A stretch of 62,386 nucleotides of DNA, from assembly GCA_934463455.1 (NCBI GenBank), contig CAKSJU010000001.1, forward strand, positions 1-62,386, given 5' to 3'. The notes under the pieces are model-generated. The model saw nothing but the letters and a program-made list of their open reading frames with translations. It was not told the origin of the DNA and did no database searches. Of this stretch, positions 45,704-53,252 are shown piece after piece. The first letter of the stretch is position 1, and each line of letters opens with the position of its first letter. Position numbers and translations under genes: made by a program. The DNA comes from an uncultured Clostridia bacterium. GTDB lineage: Bacteria; Bacillota; Clostridia; UBA1381.

Positions 45704-48208
45704 ATGAATATCAGAATTGCCCTTGCAGGTAATCCGAACTGCGGTAAAACCACATTATTTAACGCATTGACCGGCTCAAATCAGTTTGTAGGAAACTGGC
45801 CGGGCGTTACTGTTGAAAAAAAGGAAGGAAAACTTAAAAAGCATGACGGCGTAATTATAACCGACCTTCCGGGTATTTATTCACTGTCTCCGTATACTTT
45901 GGAGGAAGTTGTTGCAAGAAATTACCTTATCGGTGAAAGACCTGATGCGGTGCTTAACATTATCGACGGTACAAACCTTGAGAGAAACTTATATCTTACA
46001 ACTCAGCTTACAGAGCTTGGCATACCGGTTGTAATTGCAATCAACATGATTGACGTTGTAAGGAAAAACGGCGATAAGATTAATATTGCGGAGCTGTCGA
46101 GAGAACTCGGATGCAAAATTGTTGAAATATCAGCATTAAAAGGCGACGGAGTTATGCAGGCGGCTGAGGAAGCGATAAAAGCGGCACAAAACGGAAAAAC
46201 CGTTCCGATGCACACTTTCAGCGGAGCCGTGGAGCATGCGATAGCACATATCGAAGAAGCTGTTCTTCACAATATGCCGGAGGACGAACAAAGATGGTAT
46301 GCTATAAAAATCTTTGAACGCGATGAAAAGGTTATAGAAAAGCTGGATATTAAACCGGAGGTCATGAAGCATATCGAAGCCGATATTAAAGCGGCTGAGG
46401 AGGAGCTTGATGATGACGCCGAAAGTATTATCACAAATGAAAGATACATATACATTGCGGAAATAATCAAAAGCTGCTACAAAAAGAAAAATGCGGGACA
46501 GCTTTCGAATTCGGATAAAATTGACCGAATTGTTACAAACAGATGGCTCGGACTTCCGATTTTTGCGGTTGTTATGTTCTTGGTTTACTATATCTCAATG
46601 GTTACAATCGGCTCAATGGCAACCGATTGGGCAAATGACGGTCTGTTCGGTGACGGATGGCATTTGTTCGGAATAGGATCTGCCGAGTACGGAGAAGTTT
46701 CCGAGGAATTCGGCGGAGCGGCTGAGGTTGTGAACGGATATATCGAATATGCCGCAGGCAAAGGTGTTGACACCGAGGCTGTCACAGAAGCACTTGATAC
46801 CGAATCGGACAGCTTTGATGCAGCCGCAGCAAAGTCTGCTTTGACGGAATTTGCCGATGAAGCAAAGACTTTGGGCGATGCAACTTACACAGTTGTTGAT
46901 GAAGAGACAATGGCAGATGAAGAGGTTACATCAACATACGATGACTTAACCGAAGCAATTGCAACATATGAAAAATATGATTGTACAGAGCCGGACCCTG
47001 CCGAATACGGAGTTTGGGTACCCGGTGTACCGGTACTTGTCGGAGATGCTTTGGAAAAGGCAAATTGTGCCGAATGGCTTTCGGGCTTGGTTTTGGACGG
47101 TATTGTTGCCGGTGTCGGAGCTGTTTTGGGATTTGTACCTCAAATGCTGGTATTGTTCCTGCTTCTGGCATTCCTGGAGGCTTGCGGATATATGTCAAGA
47201 ATTGCGTTCGTACTTGACCGTGTGTTCAGAAAGTTCGGACTTTCGGGAAAATCATTCATTCCTATGCTTATAGGTACAGGCTGCGGTGTTCCGGGTATTA
47301 TGGCTTCGAGAACGATAGAAAATGACCGTGACCGCAAAATGACTATTATGACGACAACATTTATCCCCTGCGGAGCAAAGGTTCCGTTTATCGCAATGAT
47401 TGCGGGTGCTATATTCGGAGGAAGTGCTTGGGTATCAACTTCTGCTTACTTCATAGGAATGGCAGCAATTGTAATTTCGGGAATTATGCTTAAAAAGACT
47501 GCTATGTTTGCAGGTGACCCGGCTCCGTTCGTTATGGAGCTGCCGGCATACCATATGCCTACTCTCTTGAATGTATTGCGCAGCATGTGGGAACGCGGTT
47601 GGTCATTCATTAAAAAAGCGGGTACAATCATTTTGCTTTCTACAATACTTGTATGGTTTACATCATATTTCGGATTTGTAGGCGGAAAGTTTACAATGCT
47701 TACTGATGAACAGCTTGATATGAGTATACTTGCTGTAGTCGGAAATGCTATAGCGTGGATATTCAAGCCTCTCGGCTGGGGTACATGGCAGGCAGCGGTT
47801 GCATCGATTACCGGTCTTGTTGCAAAGGAAAATATTGTCGGAACAATGGGTATACTCTACGGCGGCGGAGACGGCACCGTTTATGCAAATCTGGCACAGG
47901 CATTTACAGGCATTACGGGATATTCATTCTTGGTATTTAACCTGCTTTGCGCACCGTGCTTTGCGGCAATCGGAGCTATTAAACGTGAAATGAATAATGC
48001 AAAATGGACATGGTTTGCGATTGGTTATCAATGCTTGTTTGCTTATGCTGTAGCTTTGGTTATTAACCAAATCGGAAATGCGTTTACGGGAAACGTAAAT
48101 GTAATAGGCATTATTGCTGCGGTATTGGTAATTGCGGGCATAATATATATGCTGTTCAAGCCCTATAAGGAAGCAAATACACTTAAGGCGAACGTTAAAG
48201 TAAAGTAA
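45704..48208 (+). CDS. feoB: Ferrous iron transporter FeoB (with a long acidic extracytoplasmic insert)
   Basis: N-terminal G domain IALAGNPNCGKTTLFN..DLPG..NMID, followed by a polytopic membrane domain. An acidic insertion of about 120 aa follows the first TM segment. Confidence 0.95.
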   Translation: MNIRIALAGNPNCGKTTLFNALTGSNQFVGNWPGVTVEKKEGKLKKHDGVIITDLPGIYSLSPYTLEEVVARNYLIGERPDAVLNIIDGTNLERNLYLTTQLTELGIPVVIAINMIDVVRKNGDKINIAELSRELGCKIVEISALKGDGVMQAAEEAIKAAQNGKTVPMHTFSGAVEHAIAHIEEAVLHNMPEDEQRWYAIKIFERDEKVIEKLDIKPEVMKHIEADIKAAEEELDDDAESIITNERYIYIAEIIKSCYKKKNAGQLSNSDKIDRIVTNRWLGLPIFAVVMFLVYYISMVTIGSMATDWANDGLFGDGWHLFGIGSAEYGEVSEEFGGAAEVVNGYIEYAAGKGVDTEAVTEALDTESDSFDAAAAKSALTEFADEAKTLGDATYTVVDEETMADEEVTSTYDDLTEAIATYEKYDCTEPDPAEYGVWVPGVPVLVGDALEKANCAEWLSGLVLDGIVAGVGAVLGFVPQMLVLFLLLAFLEACGYMSRIAFVLDRVFRKFGLSGKSFIPMLIGTGCGVPGIMASRTIENDRDRKMTIMTTTFIPCGAKVPFIAMIAGAIFGGSAWVSTSAYFIGMAAIVISGIMLKKTAMFAGDPAPFVMELPAYHMPTLLNVLRSMWERGWSFIKKAGTIILLSTILVWFTSYFGFVGGKFTMLTDEQLDMSILAVVGNAIAWIFKPLGWGTWQAAVASITGLVAKENIVGTMGILYGGGDGTVYANLAQAFTGITGYSFLVFNLLCAPCFAAIGAIKREMNNAKWTWFAIGYQCLFAYAVALVINQIGNAFTGNVNVIGIIAAVLVIAGIIYMLFKPYKEANTLKANVKVK

Positions 48209-48399
48209 AATAAAATATGATCTTAGTGCTCTAAGGTTGTGGGTTTCGTTTCGGAATTTCGGTGGGAGTTTTAATATCCTGCTGAAATTCTGAGGAGCCG
48301 GAGCTATCCCTCGGAACAGGCTGCAATCTGCCAAAGACTTTGCTTCTTGCGAGCAAAGCGGGGGTGCTGCTCCGATTTAAAATTAAAGGAGGATTTTGT

Positions 48400-48588
48400 A
48401 TGAGTTGGTTATTAGATAATATAGGAACAATTGTAGTATTGGCTGTATTGATTGCCATCGTCGCGCTTATTATCCGGCATATCAGAAAGGATAAAGCTGC
48501 GGGAAAATCCTCCTGCGGCTGCGGCTGCGCCAATTGTGCGCTTCACGGAAAATGTCACGGCACGAAGAAAGAGCAGATAACGAAATGA
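48400..48588 (+). CDS. FeoB-associated Cys-rich membrane peptide
   Basis: 62 aa from ATG 48400 (RBS AAAGGAGG), with one TM segment followed by ..SSCGCGCANCALHGKCHG... Confidence 0.7.
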   Translation: MSWLLDNIGTIVVLAVLIAIVALIIRHIRKDKAAGKSSCGCGCANCALHGKCHGTKKEQITK

Positions 48589-48671
48589 TTATTGACATTT
48601 TGGCAGCTGCAGCTGTAAGTGCGGCGGTAATTGCATTGATTTCATGGGTGAAAAAATTATGCGGAAGATAA
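48585..48671 (+). CDS. Candidate 28-aa hydrophobic mini-protein, translationally coupled
   Basis: An ATGA overlap with the preceding stop. The product MIIDILAAAAVSAAVIALISWVKKLCGR is a single predicted TM helix. It is not in the ORF track (under 60 aa). Confidence 0.35.
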   Translation: MIIDILAAAAVSAAVIALISWVKKLCGR

Positions 48672-48853
48672 GATGGGATGTGAAAAAGGCCGAAGCTTTT
48701 TTAATTTGTAGGAAATTGCGTAAAACGCAATGACGGAAAATCAAAAATGCTACCTTATTCCTATGCCCGCAGGCGGAGCTTTTATCAAAAGCTTTTTTAC
48801 TATCCCATCAGGCGCATATAAATAACTGTAGATTTAAAGAAAGGATGTTAGTT

Positions 48854-49087
48854 ATGAAAATTTTGGATTTGGTAAAAAATGAAAAAGTATTGTGCTTTGT
48901 GGGCGGAGTTGTTGCAGCAACCTACGGAGTAAAGGCGTTAAAGAGCGAAAAAGCAAGAAAAGCTTGTGTTTCGGGATTGGCAAAATGTATTAAATTGCAG
49001 AATGATGCCCAGGAAACTTTTAAAAATATGAAAGAAGAAGCGCAGGACATTTGCTACGATGCGAATAAAGAAGCTAATAACGAATAA
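48854..49087 (+). CDS. Small conserved-looking protein preceding the P-type ATPase (DUF6110-like by recollection)
   Basis: 77 aa, MKILDLVKNEKVLCFVGGVVAATYGVKALKSEKARKA.., with one amphipathic/TM segment. It sits 17 nt upstream of the ATPase. Confidence 0.45.
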   Translation: MKILDLVKNEKVLCFVGGVVAATYGVKALKSEKARKACVSGLAKCIKLQNDAQETFKNMKEEAQDICYDANKEANNE

Positions 49088-49104
49088 CAAAGAGGGCACC
49101 GAAA

Positions 49105-51201
49105 ATGAAATTCAGAATAGTTTACGATTCTCCGGGCAGATTACGCTTGAGATGCGGTGCGGGCACTTTTAAAAAAGAACAGGAAGCAAGCCTGGTAAAA
49201 GCTGTGACAGGCATAGACGGAGTCTGTTCGGCGGAGGTATCGAGCATAAACGGTGGAATTTTGATATATTATAAGCCGGATATAAGAAAATTTATTCTTG
49301 ATACAGTCGGGCAAATTAATGCCGCGTCACTGCCAAGCGGAGAGTTATCACAAATTACGGTAATAGACGAGGAATTTAAGTGTGATTTTAAAAAAATAGT
49401 TGGAAAAGCATTGCTTATGAAGCTTTTTGTGCCATCTTTTATAAAGCTTCCGCTGACAATATTGAGAGCTGTGCCGTTTGTAAAAGAAGGACTTAAAAGC
49501 TTGTCGGAGGGAAAGCTGAATGTCAGTGTTTTGGATGCTGTTTCAATTTCGGCTTCCGTAATAAGCGGCTCGCCGTCTACGGCATCTTCTGTGATGACCC
49601 TTTTAAACATTTCTTCTTTGCTTGAAGGATATACAAAGAAAAAGGCTAAAACAGCACTTTCGGACAGCCTTAAGATTAATATAGACAAGGTTTGGAAAGT
49701 GACCGAAAAAGGTGAAGAAAGCGTTCCTCTTTCGCAGATTAAAATCGGTGATGTTGTAAGAGTCAGAAGCGGAAGCATGATTCCGACAGACGGTGTCGTA
49801 AGGAGCGGCTCTGCGGGAGTAAACGAAGCATCTATGACGGGTGAATCGGAACTCAGATTTAAATCGGAGGGAATAAGCGTTTACGCCGGAACCGTCATAG
49901 AGGAGGGATGTCTTGACATAGAAGCGGTCAAGCTTCCGGATGACAGCAGAATACATAACATTATTGAATTGATTGATAATTCCGAGGATTTAAAATCAAC
50001 AGTTCAGACAAAGGCGGAAAAGTTTGCCGACAGCCTGGTACCGTTCAGCTTTTTTTCAAGCGTGGCGGCATATCTGCTTACAGGTAATATAACAAAGGCT
50101 TTGTCGGTGCTCATGGTTGATTATTCATGTGCAATAAAATTATCAACTCCGATTTGTGTTATTTCGGCAATGAAAGAAGCAACAAACTATGATATTATGA
50201 TAAAAGGCGGCAGATATTTGGAAAATTACGCTTTTGCGGATACCATATTGTTTGATAAAACCGGAACACTTACCGTTTCATGCCCTAATTTGGCAAAAAT
50301 TGAGGCATTGGAAGGATATAATGAAGATACTATATTGCGGATTGCAGCATGTCTTGAAGAGCATTTTCCGCACAGTGTTGCAAAAGCTATTGTACATGCA
50401 GCCGCTGCCCGCGGCATTGAGCATACGGAAGAGCATGCCGAAGTGGAATATATTGTTGCCCACGGAATTGCATCATTTTTAAAAGGTGAAAGAGTTTTGA
50501 TAGGAAGTACGCATTTTATATTCGATGATGAGCATATTGCGATTGACGAAAAACAAGCCGAACTGATAAAAAAACTCGGTGAAAAATATTCTATGGTTTA
50601 TTTGGCAATAGGCGGAAAATTATGCGGAATTTTGTGCATAGAAGACCCGATAAGAGAGGACGCCGAAAAAGTAATTGCCAAGCTAAAAGCAGAGGGTATG
50701 CGCAATATTGTAATGATAACCGGAGACGGTGAAAGTACAGCGGCAAATGTATGCAGTGAATTGGGAATAGAAAAGTATTATGCGACGGTACTTCCCGAGG
50801 ACAAGCTTAATATAGTTAATTCTTATAAAGAGAACAATCATAAGGTTGTAATGGTAGGCGACGGTATAAACGATTCCCCGGCGCTTGCGGCTGCGGATGT
50901 TTCGATTGCAATGAAGGATGCTTCGGATATTGCGCGTGAAGTGGCGGATATTACGCTGCTGTCCTCCGACCTTGAAAAATTGATTGTTTTGAGAGATTTG
51001 AGTGAAAAGCTGTTTAAACGTATTCACTCTAACTATCGGTTTATTACATTATTTAACAGCGGGCTGCTGCTTATGGGATTGTGCGGAGTTATTTCTCCTG
51101 TATCAAGTGCGCTTTTGCACAATTTATCGACCATGGGCATATGTGCCGGAAGTATGAGACCTTTTATTTCGCGGGAGGTGGAAGATGCTGCTTTCGACTA
51201 A
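49105..51201 (+). CDS. P1B-type (heavy-metal) ATPase with SCA transmembrane motif and Cys-less HMA-like N-domain
   Basis: DKTGTLT, TGD, GDGINDSPAL. The TM metal-site position reads VDYSCAIKLSTP, where CopA/ZntA have CPC. The N-terminal ferredoxin-like domain has no CxxC. Confidence 0.85.
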   Translation: MKFRIVYDSPGRLRLRCGAGTFKKEQEASLVKAVTGIDGVCSAEVSSINGGILIYYKPDIRKFILDTVGQINAASLPSGELSQITVIDEEFKCDFKKIVGKALLMKLFVPSFIKLPLTILRAVPFVKEGLKSLSEGKLNVSVLDAVSISASVISGSPSTASSVMTLLNISSLLEGYTKKKAKTALSDSLKINIDKVWKVTEKGEESVPLSQIKIGDVVRVRSGSMIPTDGVVRSGSAGVNEASMTGESELRFKSEGISVYAGTVIEEGCLDIEAVKLPDDSRIHNIIELIDNSEDLKSTVQTKAEKFADSLVPFSFFSSVAAYLLTGNITKALSVLMVDYSCAIKLSTPICVISAMKEATNYDIMIKGGRYLENYAFADTILFDKTGTLTVSCPNLAKIEALEGYNEDTILRIAACLEEHFPHSVAKAIVHAAAARGIEHTEEHAEVEYIVAHGIASFLKGERVLIGSTHFIFDDEHIAIDEKQAELIKKLGEKYSMVYLAIGGKLCGILCIEDPIREDAEKVIAKLKAEGMRNIVMITGDGESTAANVCSELGIEKYYATVLPEDKLNIVNSYKENNHKVVMVGDGINDSPALAAADVSIAMKDASDIAREVADITLLSSDLEKLIVLRDLSEKLFKRIHSNYRFITLFNSGLLLMGLCGVISPVSSALLHNLSTMGICAGSMRPFISREVEDAAFD

Positions 51202-51583
51202 AAAGAAATATATGTTTACAATATATGAGCTTGCCTCAAACGGCAGCACTGTAAGAAGTATTGATATATCAAAATTGCTCGGAGTAAAAAAGGCAAGTGT
51301 TTCGCTTATGCTTCCGAATTTAATAAAAGAAAATCTTATTGAACGTACAGAAAACGGAAATATAGCTTTGACAAAAGAAGGAGCGGTTTTTGCAGGTGAA
51401 TTGTATGCGAAATATCTGACTGTTTACAATTTTTTTAAAGAAGATTTAAAAAGCGACGGTGAAAACGCGCGCAGGGACGCAATTTGCTGCCTGTGCTCGA
51501 TTTCTGATGATAATGCCGAAAGAATGACTGAATATATGCTTGAGTATCGGCATTGTACCTCCGGAGCAGGGCGTACAGATTGA
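51185..51583 (+). CDS. DtxR/MntR-family metal-dependent transcriptional repressor (HTH + dimerisation domain, no SH3)
   Basis: 132 aa, containing ..YMFTIYELASNGSTVRSIDISKLLGVKKASVSLMLPNLIKENLIE.. It overlaps the ATPase stop by 17 nt. Confidence 0.7.
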   Translation: MLLSTKKKYMFTIYELASNGSTVRSIDISKLLGVKKASVSLMLPNLIKENLIERTENGNIALTKEGAVFAGELYAKYLTVYNFFKEDLKSDGENARRDAICCLCSISDDNAERMTEYMLEYRHCTSGAGRTD

Positions 51584-51634
51584 AAAATCTGTATGCCTGC
51601 CTTTAAAGGTATTACAAAGAAAGGATTTGATAAA

Positions 51635-51925
51635 ATGAGTGTAGTTATTGTAGGCGGGCATGACCGCATGCAATGCAAATATAAGGAAATATGTAAAAAA
51701 TACGGATGTAAATGCAAGGTTTTTACGCAGTGTCCGGCAGATTTCAGAAATCAGATAGGCTCTCCCGATATGGTTGTGGTATTTACAGGGACCGTAGCGC
51801 ATAAAATGGTATCTATAGCGTCAAAACAGGCGGAAAAAACCGGCGCATATATAAGACATTGCAATTCCTCCAGCGGAAATGCGTTAAACGAAGCACTGAA
51901 AGAATATTTTACGGTAGAAACTTAA
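51635..51925 (+). CDS. DUF2325-like small protein
   Basis: 96 aa, MSVVIVGGHDRM...DMVVVFTGTVAHKMV... RBS AAAGAAAGGA. Confidence 0.5.
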   Translation: MSVVIVGGHDRMQCKYKEICKKYGCKCKVFTQCPADFRNQIGSPDMVVVFTGTVAHKMVSIASKQAEKTGAYIRHCNSSSGNALNEALKEYFTVET

Positions 51926-51937
51926 ATTTTTTTGGAG

Positions 51938-51961
51938 TATAGTTAGTCTAAACTAACTATA
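51938..51961. promoter_or_regulatory. Perfect DtxR-like palindrome TATAGTTAGT-CTAA-ACTAACTATA
   Basis: 10-bp perfect arms. Its core TAGTTAGTCTAAACTAACT matches the feo-promoter box TAGTTATGCTAAACTAACT at 17 of 19 positions. Confidence 0.55.
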
Positions 51962-51978
51962 CCGGCAAGGAGAACAAT

Positions 51979-52542
51979 ATGGTTGAAAATATAATTGAAA
52001 ATATGATTGCAAAGCATTGTGCACCTGCTCTGGCAGGGATAAAACCGAGCAATTTAATGGCGATTGAAAAAAATAAAACAACTGATATAAAAGAGAATAT
52101 AATAAGGCTCAATAGGGAACTGAATAATAAGGATATTTATATAGATATTTTATGCGAATGCAGCAAGCGGATTTTACTGCTGGTATATCGCAGAAAAAAA
52201 CTCGAGGAATATCTTCGCGGTAACGAAATAAAGCTGTTGCTCGACAAATACGGATATAAAAAATGCAATACTCTCGAGAGCATGATAAAAAGATTGAAAA
52301 CAAGATTAAAAAATTCCGAGTTTCCGCATGAAATAGGAGCATTTTTAGGTTATCCCATAGATGATATATACGGATTTATAAATCATAAAAACAGCGGATG
52401 TCTTTTTGCGGGGGAATGGCGCGTTTACAAAAATGTCAGTGAAGCGAAAGAGCTTTTTAAAAGATATAAAGCCTGCCGTGCGGCACTTGTGAAAAGAATG
52501 ATGCAGGGAAAAACGCTTGCACAGATTTTTTGCGCGGCATAA
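51979..52542 (+). CDS. DUF3793-like protein
   Basis: 187 aa, containing ..KHCAPALAGIKPSNL.. and ..FPHEIGAFLGYP..DI.GF.., as I recall for DUF3793. Confidence 0.5.
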   Translation: MVENIIENMIAKHCAPALAGIKPSNLMAIEKNKTTDIKENIIRLNRELNNKDIYIDILCECSKRILLLVYRRKKLEEYLRGNEIKLLLDKYGYKKCNTLESMIKRLKTRLKNSEFPHEIGAFLGYPIDDIYGFINHKNSGCLFAGEWRVYKNVSEAKELFKRYKACRAALVKRMMQGKTLAQIFCAA

Positions 52543-52593
52543 AAACTACATAAACAATATTGTCAAAAGGCAATTTGTTAAAAAAAATACTTT

Positions 52594-52633
52594 AGAGTTT
52601 TAATTGTGAAACTTTAGTTTTACAATTAGCTGA
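52594..52633. repeat. AT-rich palindromic element, copy F
   Basis: AGAGTTTTAATTGTGAAAC-TTTA-GTTTTACAATTAGCTGA, upstream of flavodoxin. Confidence 0.9.
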
Positions 52634-52661
52634 TCATTATTTTAAAAGGAGGTTTTACAAT

Positions 52662-53090
52662 ATGAGTAAAACAGCAATTATTTATTGGAGCGGTACAGGC
52701 AACACAGAAGCAATGGCAGCGGCGGTACTGGAGGGGGCAAAAGAAGTTAACTCAGATGTGGGATTTTTCACTGTTTCGGAAATTACTTCGGATAAAGCGG
52801 CTGAATATGACACTCTTATATTAGGCTGCCCCGCAATGGGCTCTGAGGTTTTGGAAGAAAGCGAATTTGAGCCGTTCTTTACAGAGCTTGAATCTAAATT
52901 ATCCGGCAAAAAAGTTGCGCTTTTCGGCTCATACGGCTGGGGAGACGGCGAATGGATGAGAGATTGGGAAGAAAGAGTTATAGCGGCAGGCGCAACGCTT
53001 GCAGGCGGCGAGGGAGTTATCGCAAATGAAGCTCCCGACGATGAAGCGTGCGAAAAATGCAAGGAATTGGGCAAAACAGCAGCGCAATAA
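52662..53090 (+). CDS. Short-chain flavodoxin
   Basis: 142 aa, MSKTAIIYWSGTGNTEAMA.. (FMN phosphate loop) and ..LFGSYGWGDGEWM... Confidence 0.9.
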   Translation: MSKTAIIYWSGTGNTEAMAAAVLEGAKEVNSDVGFFTVSEITSDKAAEYDTLILGCPAMGSEVLEESEFEPFFTELESKLSGKKVALFGSYGWGDGEWMRDWEERVIAAGATLAGGEGVIANEAPDDEACEKCKELGKTAAQ

Positions 53091-53103
53091 TAAAAAAATG
53101 ACG

Positions 53104-53150
53104 GGGATTGCAAGGTAAAAATATTTTGCAATCCCTTGTCTTTTTTTTGT
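53104..53150 (+). terminator. Intrinsic terminator after flavodoxin
   Basis: GGGGATTGCAA..TTGCAATCCC stem, then TTGTCTTTTTTTT. Confidence 0.8.
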
Positions 53151-53252
53151 GTCTATGATAAAATACAATTTGTGAACGGATAGTGGATTGAAACGAACGG
53201 CTTATCGGTTTATAATAAAACTGCGGAATAAATAAAAGAAGGGAAGATAAAA

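Noticed and set aside
46650-47010. Acidic ~120-aa insertion in FeoB, considered as a possible fused or foreign domain.
   Set aside because: It is in frame and continuous with the flanking TM segments. Long extracytoplasmic loops occur in clostridial FeoB proteins as far as I know, and no separate domain signature was seen.
48231-48533. 100-aa minus-strand ORF spanning the feoB-downstream spacer.
   Set aside because: It is antisense to the well-supported Cys-rich peptide gene (strong RBS, typical sequence). Its product is Pro/Ser-rich with no start context.
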